Source: Gemmatimonadales bacterium
GTDB taxonomy: Bacteria > Gemmatimonadota > Gemmatimonadetes > Gemmatimonadales > GWC2-71-9
Assembly (NCBI GenBank): GCA_036265815.1
Contig: DATAOI010000087.1
Span: 6,849-70,848 of the forward strand
Length of the DNA stretch: 64,000 nucleotides
Reading direction: 5' to 3'
The notes under the pieces were generated by a model. It saw only the letters and a program-made list of their open reading frames with translations, did not search any database and was not told the origin of the DNA. Below are positions 9,796 through 17,708 of this stretch, piece after piece (position 1 is the first letter of the stretch; every line of letters begins with the position of its first letter). A program made the position numbers and the translations under genes.

Positions 9796-10992
9796 ATGGA
9801 CCCCGCCTCCCTCTTCGCCTCTCCCAACGCTCTCGCGCCACACTATTCCCGCTTCGGGGTCGCACAGCGACTGCTGCTCACCGGGCACTCCCACCAGGCC
9901 TGGCCGGACTGCGCCTTGGAAGGCCAGGTGAAGGCCTGGGAAGACGCGGCGCGCTACGTCGACGAGAAGTGGGAACACGCGCTGGCTCGAGCCGAGCGGG
10001 TGCGCGAGGGATTCGCCCGGCTCCTGGGAGACGCGGGCGGAGGGATAGCGCTGGGAGCGAACACCCACGAGCTGGTGGTCCGTCTGCTCTCCGCTTTGCC
10101 GCTGGGCACGCGACCCCGGCTGGTGACCACCGACGGTGAGTTCCACAGCATCCGCCGTCAGCTGGATCGCCTGGAGGAGGCAGGTCTCACCGTTGTCCGC
10201 ATCCCCCAGGCCCCCCACCAATCACTGGCTGCCCGGCTGAGCGGCGCGGTAGATGATCGGACGGCCCTGGTGCTGGTCTCTGCCGTCTTCTTCGATACCG
10301 GGCGCATGGCCCACGGGCTCGCCGACGTGGCCGCGAGCTGCCGGCGGCACGGCAGCAGTCTGCTGGTGGACGCGTATCATGCGCTCGACGTCGTGCCGTT
10401 CTCGGTCACGGACGAGGGACTCGGCGACGCGTTCATCGTTGGCGGCGGATACAAGTACTGTCAGCTCGGGGAGGGCAACTGCTTTCTGAGGATCCCGGCG
10501 GACTGCGAGCTTCGCCCCGTAGTGACCGGGTGGTTCAGCGAGTTCACCGTGCTGACGGACCGGCAGCGCGTGGAGCGAGTGGCCTATGGGCAGGGCGGCG
10601 ACCGATTCGCCGGCGCGACCTACGATCCGACCAGTCATTATCGCGCCGTTTCCGTCTTCGAGTTTTTCCGGGAGCGCGGGCTCACGCCTCAGCTCCTCAG
10701 GGCGGTGAGTCAGCACCAGGTCGGGCTGCTCGCCTCCACCTTCGACGCCCTCGATCTCGATCCCGCGATCGTGCGCCGCGACCGCGAGTGCCCGCTCGGC
10801 GAGATCGGTGGTTTCCTCGCTCTCCGAAGCCCGGTGGCGGCCGCTCTGGTGCGTGAGCTCCGGGCGCGAGGCGTGTGGACCGATGCCCGAGGGGATGTCC
10901 TACGGCTCGGCCCGGCGCCATATCTGTCGGACCGGCAGCTGCGCGATGCGGTCGGATTGCTGGGAGAGGCGGCGCGGGGGCATGCCGGCTGA
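9796..10992 (+). CDS. kynU: Kynureninase-family PLP-dependent hydrolase (class V aminotransferase fold)
   Basis: The start is MDPASLF at ATG 9796; the track ORF 9637.. has a spurious extension. GGGYKYCQLGEGNCFL matches the kynureninase PLP-lysine box (xYKYLNxGPG). The gene lies directly downstream of kynA. Confidence 0.7.
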   Translation: MDPASLFASPNALAPHYSRFGVAQRLLLTGHSHQAWPDCALEGQVKAWEDAARYVDEKWEHALARAERVREGFARLLGDAGGGIALGANTHELVVRLLSALPLGTRPRLVTTDGEFHSIRRQLDRLEEAGLTVVRIPQAPHQSLAARLSGAVDDRTALVLVSAVFFDTGRMAHGLADVAASCRRHGSSLLVDAYHALDVVPFSVTDEGLGDAFIVGGGYKYCQLGEGNCFLRIPADCELRPVVTGWFSEFTVLTDRQRVERVAYGQGGDRFAGATYDPTSHYRAVSVFEFFRERGLTPQLLRAVSQHQVGLLASTFDALDLDPAIVRRDRECPLGEIGGFLALRSPVAAALVRELRARGVWTDARGDVLRLGPAPYLSDRQLRDAVGLLGEAARGHAG

Positions 10993-11821
10993 ACAGGAGC
11001 TCCCGCGCAGGCCCGGACGCGTCGCGGCTGGGTTGCTGCTCGCCGGGTTGATCGGTGTGCTCGGCTGGAATGCCTACCAGCTGGCCGTGGCGTACCGCGA
11101 GTTCGCCGGGCTGTCCGAGCGGCTGCCGAGCCTTCCCCCGGTGCATGCCGCAACCCGTCGGCGCGAGCCCCCCTTTCCCGTGAAGCTGTGGCTCCACCGA
11201 GTCAACAGCGTCCAGCGCGCCGCGCGGATGGCCAGGAAATACGGCGGCCTGGAAATCGACGTGATGTTCGACTCCGCGGCCGGGTATTTCGATGTGGGGC
11301 ACCCTCCGGTTCCATCGGTGGGTTTGTCCCTCGACAGCCTGTTGGCGGCCGTTCCCGATATCACCGATCACTACTTCTGGCTCGACTTCAAGAATCTGAC
11401 CGACGGCAACGCAGCGGCCGCGTGCGGAGTGCTGCTCGCCATCGCTCGGAGACGCGGCGTCGTGAGCCACACCGTCGTGGAGTCGACCAATCCGAGAGCG
11501 CTCGCCTGCTTCACCGCGAACGGGTTCTATACCTCGTACTACCTCTTCCCCGATCTCGATCCGCACACGATGGCACCGGACGCATTGAGGAAGTACTACG
11601 AGGGTGTGAGGGCCAACCTGGCCGCCAGCGACGTGAACGCCCTGTCCTCGAGCTATCGCTCGCTTCCTTTCATCGAGGCGTACTTCCCCGACAGCGACGT
11701 CCTGCTCTGGTATCTGGAGCCGCGCGGGAGCCTGCGCGCCCGGGCGGCGCTGGCGTATCTCACGCGGGAGCCGCGGGTGAAGGTGATTCTGGTCAAGGAG
11801 TACAGCCGCGGATATCGCTGA
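10982..11821 (+). CDS. Membrane-anchored PLC-like/GDPD-superfamily phosphodiesterase (tentative)
   Basis: The start is MPAEQELPRRPGRVAAGLLLAGLIGVLGW, with one N-terminal TM helix. LWLHRVNS...GGLEIDVMFD...FDVGH resembles the HR / ExD / H catalytic pattern of glycerophosphodiester phosphodiesterases. It overlaps the kynU stop by 11 nt. Confidence 0.45.
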   Translation: MPAEQELPRRPGRVAAGLLLAGLIGVLGWNAYQLAVAYREFAGLSERLPSLPPVHAATRRREPPFPVKLWLHRVNSVQRAARMARKYGGLEIDVMFDSAAGYFDVGHPPVPSVGLSLDSLLAAVPDITDHYFWLDFKNLTDGNAAAACGVLLAIARRRGVVSHTVVESTNPRALACFTANGFYTSYYLFPDLDPHTMAPDALRKYYEGVRANLAASDVNALSSSYRSLPFIEAYFPDSDVLLWYLEPRGSLRARAALAYLTREPRVKVILVKEYSRGYR

Positions 11822-11878
11822 AGCCTGGCACGCCAGAGCGCACTAAGGAGCCACCATGAACTCGATGAGGGTCCCCGG

Positions 11879-14128
11879 ATGGCTGACCGGACCTCGTGCC
11901 GCGAGCTGACGCCGAGTGTGCCGATACTCACGGTCATCGCGGCCGCCGCGGTCCTGGCGTCGTGGACGGGAACGCTTCCGGGTCGGTCGGTCCCCATCTA
12001 CGGTCCGCTGGTCCAGGGGTTGTTCTGGGCGGGGCTCTGTGCGGGGCTGGCGCTGGCCTATGGCGCAGTGGCTCCCGATCAGGGGGGCGCTCTGCGCCGC
12101 GTGCTTCCGAGGGTTGGTGCCTGTCTGCTGCTCGCCCTCCTGGCGACTCACCTCTCGAGGCTGCTGCTCGGTGCGTTCATCGGTCGCGGGGTGTGGCAGA
12201 GGTTCTTCTACCTGGAGTGGCTGGTGCCTCCAGCGTGCGCCGCCCTCGCATGCGCGGCCCTGATGCCTCGGGAGACCAGGGCCATTTACCGCGCCGCCCG
12301 CGGCAGCCCCAGGGCAGCCTCGCTGCTCGCGCTCCTCGTGCTCCTCGTCTCCGCGGGTGTCCTCACGGCCGCCGCGGATCTGACATTCGAATGGGGAGGA
12401 GTCGACGCCCGCCTGAGGCGCGAGGTCGTGATGGTGGATGCCTGGGTCACCAATACCCTGCTGCTGTTCAGCGCGCTGGTGCTGGTGTTCGCGGTCACCC
12501 GGAGAGTGGCCATCGCACTCCTGCTGGTGGCGCCGTCGTTCCTCCTGCTGGACCTCGCGACGATCGCCAAGATCGAGTACATGCATTCGGCGGTGCAGCC
12601 GCTCGACGTGCTCAGGGTGGCCGAGTTCGTGCCGCTCTTCCGCCGATTCTTCGGCACGACGGTCCTCCTCATGATCGTTGTCGCTGCCGGACTCTGGGTC
12701 GTGGCACTCGTGGCAGCGCACCGAACCGAGCCATGGCGATTGTCGCTGCCGCGTCGCCTGCTGCTCGGCGTCGCGTCGCTGGTCGCCCTCATCACACTTC
12801 CGCTGGTCTTCTACCTGGCGCCCACTCAGCCGCTGGCCGGCCGCCTGCTCCTGCTGGTCGGAGCCCCCGGCGATCTCCACCGCGAGAAAGCGCGAGCGAA
12901 CGGGTTGTTGTTGTCGTTCGTCTCCGAGATCCCAGCGCTGCTGGTGCCGAGCCCGGTGGGTTACTCACCCGAATCGGTTGCCACGGCGATGGGCCGGACC
13001 TGGGGCACCGGATCTTCGGTGCAGCGCCCCCCTGGGCACGTGAACCTGATTCTCTATCTGGTCGAATCCTTCATGGACCCGGATGATCTCGGCCTGCACT
13101 ACACCAGCGATCCCATTCCCAATGTCCGGGCCCTCGGCAAGACCCACATCTACGGACACGGGATCGTCCCCGAGCGCTTCGGCGGCTCGGCCAATACCGA
13201 GTTCGAGCTCCTCACGGGGATGACGATGAGCTTCCTGCCGATCGGAAGCCTCCCGTTCAAGCAGCACATTCGGCATCCGATGCCGTCGCTTCCGCGCGCC
13301 CTCGCCGATCTGGGCTACGCGACCACCGCGATCCAGGCCGACGCCAAGTACTACTACAATCGGGAGCGGGTGTACGACCTGCTGGGCTTTCATCATGTCG
13401 TGTGGCTCAACGACATGCCGGGGGTGGAGCGCGCGGCCCGGCCAGGCTGGCCCTCCGACAACGCGGTGGTCCAATCCGTCATTCAAGCCAGTCGTGGCCC
13501 TCGTCCATTTTTCGTGTTCGCCTTCCCCTCCTCGACCCACTCTCCCTACAACTCCGGGACGTACCGCAGCTCCGATCTGGGCGTGCTCGGGGCGAAGTCG
13601 GACGACCCGATGGGCGAGGTGAAGGAGTACATCAACGCGATTCGGGAGGCGGACCGGGCGATCGGGACTCTGGTCGAGTACTTCCGCGGCCAGCGGGACT
13701 CCACCATCATCGCGATCCTCGGCGATCACATGGCCCCGCTTTCGGGTAACGCGCTTCGCCCCCTGTTCGCGCAGTTGGCCGGGCGGTCCGAGGCCGAACA
13801 GGCCCGCAGAACCCGCCGGGGGCCCCTCGTCGTGTGGGCAAATTTCCAGCTCCCGCGCGAGGAAACCGAGCTGAGCGTCAACGCGCTTCCCGCCTATCTC
13901 CTCCAGACGATGCGCATACCCCCGCCAGGCTTCCTCGGGGTGGGCGATCGGGTCCGCCGCAGGATCCCCGTGCTGGGGCGCTACATGCGGGGAACCGATG
14001 GAGAGGTCTGGGACTGGGAGTCCCTGCCCCGGGAAGAGCGGACCCTGCTGGAGGACTACCGGCTCCTTCAGTACGATCTTCTCCTGGGACGGCAGTATGC
14101 GCTGCGGGAGAACGGGGCGGCCCCCTGA
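11879..14128 (+). CDS. LTA-synthase / phosphoglycerol-transferase family protein (polytopic N-terminus + sulfatase-fold domain)
   Basis: About 330 aa of hydrophobic helices are followed by NLILYLVESFMDP, GGSANTEFELLTGM, FAFPSSTHSPY and ILGDHMAP. Confidence 0.8.
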   Translation: MADRTSCRELTPSVPILTVIAAAAVLASWTGTLPGRSVPIYGPLVQGLFWAGLCAGLALAYGAVAPDQGGALRRVLPRVGACLLLALLATHLSRLLLGAFIGRGVWQRFFYLEWLVPPACAALACAALMPRETRAIYRAARGSPRAASLLALLVLLVSAGVLTAAADLTFEWGGVDARLRREVVMVDAWVTNTLLLFSALVLVFAVTRRVAIALLLVAPSFLLLDLATIAKIEYMHSAVQPLDVLRVAEFVPLFRRFFGTTVLLMIVVAAGLWVVALVAAHRTEPWRLSLPRRLLLGVASLVALITLPLVFYLAPTQPLAGRLLLLVGAPGDLHREKARANGLLLSFVSEIPALLVPSPVGYSPESVATAMGRTWGTGSSVQRPPGHVNLILYLVESFMDPDDLGLHYTSDPIPNVRALGKTHIYGHGIVPERFGGSANTEFELLTGMTMSFLPIGSLPFKQHIRHPMPSLPRALADLGYATTAIQADAKYYYNRERVYDLLGFHHVVWLNDMPGVERAARPGWPSDNAVVQSVIQASRGPRPFFVFAFPSSTHSPYNSGTYRSSDLGVLGAKSDDPMGEVKEYINAIREADRAIGTLVEYFRGQRDSTIIAILGDHMAPLSGNALRPLFAQLAGRSEAEQARRTRRGPLVVWANFQLPREETELSVNALPAYLLQTMRIPPPGFLGVGDRVRRRIPVLGRYMRGTDGEVWDWESLPREERTLLEDYRLLQYDLLLGRQYALRENGAAP

Positions 14129-14159
14129 GCATCGAGGCACGTCGCCGACGTGAGGCCGC

Positions 14160-15059
14160 TCATCGCAGCTGGCGGGACTGGCAGGACGGCTCCCCATACC
14201 GGATCCCCATGGGCCGACTCAATCCGTCGGCCAGCGCCCGCAGATCGGGCCGCTCGCGGGGGATGTTTTCGTGCCCCCGTCCATTCGGCTCGATCGTGGC
14301 CGTCCCCGTCTTCGAGATTCCCGGGAACACCTTGACCTGCCCCCGCACCACCTGCCATTGATCGCTGGAGACCGCGAGGCGGGTCTGCTTGAGGTCCGGC
14401 TTGCCCAAGACCGCGAACACCGCCGAAAGGAAGCCGACCGGCCGCACGGAAATGCCCTTCACCTGATCGAACACGAGCATGTCCTCGTACTCCAGCAGCT
14501 TGAATCGGATGACCCGGCTGTCGTACACATCCATTTTGGGCACGGACAGGGTGTCCTTATAGCTGAAATGGGAAGGCGCGCCCGCCGAGTCGGGCCAGAA
14601 GATGGTCACGTCCAGCGCGAGGAGCGGGGCAGGGCCTTCCAGCACCTGTGCCACCACCTGGGGGCCGTAGTCGATCAGCGCATCCTGATGGTGCTCGAAT
14701 CCCGCCCTGGCCGACTCCGACATATCCCCATAGGTCACCCCCGCCGTCTCGAGGTGAGCGCTGAACCAATCGTCCTGCTTGACGATCAATTGGGTGCTCC
14801 CCGGCGACTCCCGCTGCCGCCGCCGGACGAGCGCGAGGAGCGCCTCGGCTCCGAACCGCATCGACGTGGTGGTGCTGGTGAGACTGTAGGCCCCGTGGGT
14901 CCGCATCGCCTCCAGGATCTCCTGCCGGGAGACGCGGTATGGCTCGGCGCACGCTCGGTGGCCCGGCCGGGGAAGGTTCGCGCTGAGCGCAGGCGCAATC
15001 ACCGTCAGCGCGATCGCGGCCGGGTTAGAGAATCGTCGAAGCATCTGCAGGAGTGTCAT
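14160..15059 (-). CDS. Hypothetical exported protein
   Basis: MTLLQMLRRFSNPAAIALTVIAPALSA is a signal peptide, and the remaining composition is protein-like. I recognised no family. The gene is divergent from the BlaI-like gene. Confidence 0.6.
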   Translation of the reverse strand: MTLLQMLRRFSNPAAIALTVIAPALSANLPRPGHRACAEPYRVSRQEILEAMRTHGAYSLTSTTTSMRFGAEALLALVRRRQRESPGSTQLIVKQDDWFSAHLETAGVTYGDMSESARAGFEHHQDALIDYGPQVVAQVLEGPAPLLALDVTIFWPDSAGAPSHFSYKDTLSVPKMDVYDSRVIRFKLLEYEDMLVFDQVKGISVRPVGFLSAVFAVLGKPDLKQTRLAVSSDQWQVVRGQVKVFPGISKTGTATIEPNGRGHENIPRERPDLRALADGLSRPMGIRYGEPSCQSRQLR

Positions 15060-15148
15060 GCATTCTTTGGATGAGCTGGTCGGTGGCCGCCTGGATCCCA
15101 GTTGCGCTGCGTGGCAGCTCCTCAAGGTAGCCAAGTCAGGCGGAGCCC

Positions 15149-15181
15149 TTGACTTTTCCTGGCCTCTGCTGAAATATCAGC
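15149..15181 (+). promoter_or_regulatory. Sigma70-like promoter with overlapping palindromic operator upstream of the BlaI-like gene
   Basis: TTGACT (15149-15154), a 17-nt spacer, then AAATAT (15172-15177). The near-palindrome GCTGAAATATCAGC (15168-15181) covers the -10 box. Confidence 0.4.
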
Positions 15182-15222
15182 ACAGCGTCACCGTTCATAC
15201 TCTCAGGTCCAAGGCCACCGCC

Positions 15223-15624
15223 ATGCCCCAGCGCCCCCCTGTCGAAGACCTCAGCCGCCGCGAGCGGCAGGTGATGGAGATCCTGCATCGGCGGGGCGAG
15301 TCCACCGTCACCGAGATCATGCAGAGCCTTCCCGACCCGCCCAGCTATTCCGCGGTCCGCTCCATCCTGCGGATCCTGGGGGAGAAGAAGCTGATCTCCC
15401 ACAGGGAGGACGGGCCCCGGTACGTCTACCTGACGGCCCGTCCGACCGACAAGGCCCGGGATGACGTCCTCGCGCACGTCGTGCGCACCTATTTTGCCGG
15501 CTCGACCGAGCAGGCGGTCACGGCGCTGCTGCGGCTTTCCGACGCCGACCTGGACGAGGCCGAGATCGGCCGGCTCCGGGAGAAGATCCGCCGCGCGCGG
15601 CGGAACGAGAGCGGGAGGTCATGA
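15223..15624 (+). CDS. BlaI/MecI/CopY-family transcriptional repressor
   Basis: The start is MPQRPPVEDLSRRERQVMEIL. The winged-helix region is STVTEIMQSL...YSAVRSILRILGEKKLISHREDGPRYVY. Its stop overlaps the next start (ATGA). Confidence 0.9.
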   Translation: MPQRPPVEDLSRRERQVMEILHRRGESTVTEIMQSLPDPPSYSAVRSILRILGEKKLISHREDGPRYVYLTARPTDKARDDVLAHVVRTYFAGSTEQAVTALLRLSDADLDEAEIGRLREKIRRARRNESGRS

Positions 15625-17585
15625 TGTCGACATCCATTCCAGACCTGCTCTCCTGGGTCACGGCAGCACCATTGGGCCTGTCGATTCTGCTGGTGCTTCT
15701 GAAGGTCACCTGTCTGCTTCTGGCCGCGATCGGCGCCTCGCTCGCAATGTCGCGCGCCTCGGCGGGCGCCCGGCATCTGGTCTGGGTCGTGGTGCTTGGC
15801 GCGCTCCTTGTCCTCCCCGCACTCGCCATGTGGGCCCCCCTCCCGGTCCGGATGCTTCCCCAGTCCGTATCACCGACAATTGCATCGAGCATGGCAGGAG
15901 CGCTTGTCGGCCCCGAAATCACCCGTTCGCTGCGGCAGCAGAGCAGCGCTGCTCCTGAAGCCGCGGGCCCCGCCGCCTCGTCCGCATCGCGGTCTCGCGC
16001 CGCGATCGGGCCGTCGTTCGGGCTCGGGACCGTACTGTTGCTCGGCTGGGTGCTGGGCGCTCTCGCGCTGATCCTGAGGCTCGCCCACGGCGCGTACGCT
16101 GTGCGGCGCATCCTCCGCCGGGCCGAGCCGCTGGAGCACCCGGACTGGCAGACGCCGTTGTACCAGGTCGCCGATCGCCTGGGCGTGCCCGTCATTCCGC
16201 GGCTGGTCCGCAGCGAGGATGTGAAGATGCCCTTTGCGAGCGGCCTTATTGCTCCCGCCGTCGTGCTTCCCGCCGAATGCGAGCAGTGGAGCGCCGAGCG
16301 GCGGAGCGCCGTGCTGGTGCACGAGCTGGGGCACGTCCGTCGGCGCGACCTGGCCGGTCACACGATCGGCCGGATCGCCTGCGCCCTCTATTGGTTTCAC
16401 CCGCTGGTGTGGACGGCCGCCCGGCGGCTCCGCACCGAGAGCGAGCGGGCCTGCGACGACCTGGCGCTGGTCCTCGGTGCCCGGCCCAGCGACTACGCCG
16501 AGCATCTGCTGGACCTGGTGACGGGCGTGCGCGATCACTACACGCCGTCGCTCGCCCTTGCGATGGCGCACCGAAAGGAGTTCGAGGGACGCATGCTGGC
16601 TATTCTCGACCCCGCGCTCCGTCGCAAGGGGCCGAATCGGAGGCAGACCGCCGTGATCGTCGGTGCGCTCGCCATCCTCGCCTCTTTCGTCGGTGCAGCG
16701 ACGCCGGTGCCACGCACCGCGTCTCACTCGCTCCCCTCGCATGCTGAAGCGCCACGCAGCGCGCCGGTTCAACCGGTCCAGCCACCGCCGGACGCTGCCC
16801 CCCAACCCGCGGCAATCGCGATCCCGACCCGAGCCTCGCCAGCCGTCACCGCCCGCGAGGAGCCCGGCGACGACAGGGCGGCGCTGCTCGCCAGGACACT
16901 CCGCACCGATACGAGCGCCCCGGTTCGGCGGGTGGCCGCGTGGGGACTCCAGCGGTACGTCGAGGTCGATGTCGCGATCGAGGCCCTCGCCTCCGCGGCC
17001 GGGACCGATGCCGACGCGGAGGTGCGTGAGATGGCGGTGTGGGCCCTGGCCGATGCACGACCGGGCTCGACCGTCGTGCTGGCGGCCCTGGCCAAGGCCG
17101 TCCGGCTGGACCGGGACCCGAAGGTTCGCGCGACGGCAGTGTGGGCACTGGGCTCGATCGGCGACGAAAACGCCGTGGAGACCTTGACGGGCGTCCTCAG
17201 GAGCCCCGATCCCACGCTACGGGAGGTCGCGGCCTGGTCGATCGGCTCCTGCGAGCCGAGCCGGGCGCCGGCCGCGCTGTCGAGCGCGCTGTCGGACCGA
17301 GATCGCAACGTGCGCGAATCGGTGGCCTGGGCGCTCTACACGATCGGGGATCCCCGGACGGCCGGCGCCATCGATTCCGCGCTTCGGCGCGAGCAGGACC
17401 CCGAGGTGCAGCACGGCCTCATCCGGGCGCTCGGTGCCGTGGGGGAGGGCTCGGTGGAGGCCTTCCAGCGACTCGTATCATCCCCGGACGCCGAAGTGCG
17501 AGGGATGGCCGTGGCCGCGCTGGCCGGCGGAGACGCCTCCGGTCCCTGGCCCTGGCCCCGCCCGGAGCCTCGGCCGTTTCCGTGA
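15621..17585 (+). CDS. BlaR1-like M56 zinc-metallopeptidase signal transducer with C-terminal HEAT-repeat domain
   Basis: Several TM helices, HELGH at 16320-16334, and a fourth TM helix (TAVIVGALAILASFVGAA). These are followed by a Pro-rich linker and about 7 HEAT-like units (VRxxAxWAL). The tail is GPWPWPRPEPRPFP. Confidence 0.85.
   Translation: MMSTSIPDLLSWVTAAPLGLSILLVLLKVTCLLLAAIGASLAMSRASAGARHLVWVVVLGALLVLPALAMWAPLPVRMLPQSVSPTIASSMAGALVGPEITRSLRQQSSAAPEAAGPAASSASRSRAAIGPSFGLGTVLLLGWVLGALALILRLAHGAYAVRRILRRAEPLEHPDWQTPLYQVADRLGVPVIPRLVRSEDVKMPFASGLIAPAVVLPAECEQWSAERRSAVLVHELGHVRRRDLAGHTIGRIACALYWFHPLVWTAARRLRTESERACDDLALVLGARPSDYAEHLLDLVTGVRDHYTPSLALAMAHRKEFEGRMLAILDPALRRKGPNRRQTAVIVGALAILASFVGAATPVPRTASHSLPSHAEAPRSAPVQPVQPPPDAAPQPAAIAIPTRASPAVTAREEPGDDRAALLARTLRTDTSAPVRRVAAWGLQRYVEVDVAIEALASAAGTDADAEVREMAVWALADARPGSTVVLAALAKAVRLDRDPKVRATAVWALGSIGDENAVETLTGVLRSPDPTLREVAAWSIGSCEPSRAPAALSSALSDRDRNVRESVAWALYTIGDPRTAGAIDSALRREQDPEVQHGLIRALGAVGEGSVEAFQRLVSSPDAEVRGMAVAALAGGDASGPWPWPRPEPRPFP
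16881..17528 (+). repeat. Tandem HEAT-like (PBS-lyase type) coding repeats, about 31 aa period
   Basis: Recurrent units: VRRVAAWGL, VREMAVWAL, VRATAVWALGSIGD, LREVAAWSIG, VRESVAWALYTIGD, VRGMAVAALAG. Confidence 0.7.
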
Positions 17586-17708
17586 TCGGGCGCGGCTGAC
17601 GCGAACGGGCGCGGCGTGACGCAGGGTGTCGCGCTTCGCCCGTTGCTTCGGCCCATGAGTGCTGAAATTTCAACATCACATCGATCATCCTCCTCTGTGG
17701 AGCAGACC

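Noticed and set aside
11843-12880. 345-aa - strand ORF rich in Glu/Arg/Gln/His
   Set aside because: It is antisense to the hydrophobic N-terminal half of the LtaS-family gene. Such charged mirror frames are expected opposite Leu/Ala-rich TM coding sequence.
14141-14155. CACGTCG-C-CGACGTG inverted repeat between the LtaS-family gene and the convergent hypothetical gene
   Set aside because: The effective stem is only about 5 bp once a minimal loop is allowed, and there is no T-tract. That is insufficient to call a terminator.
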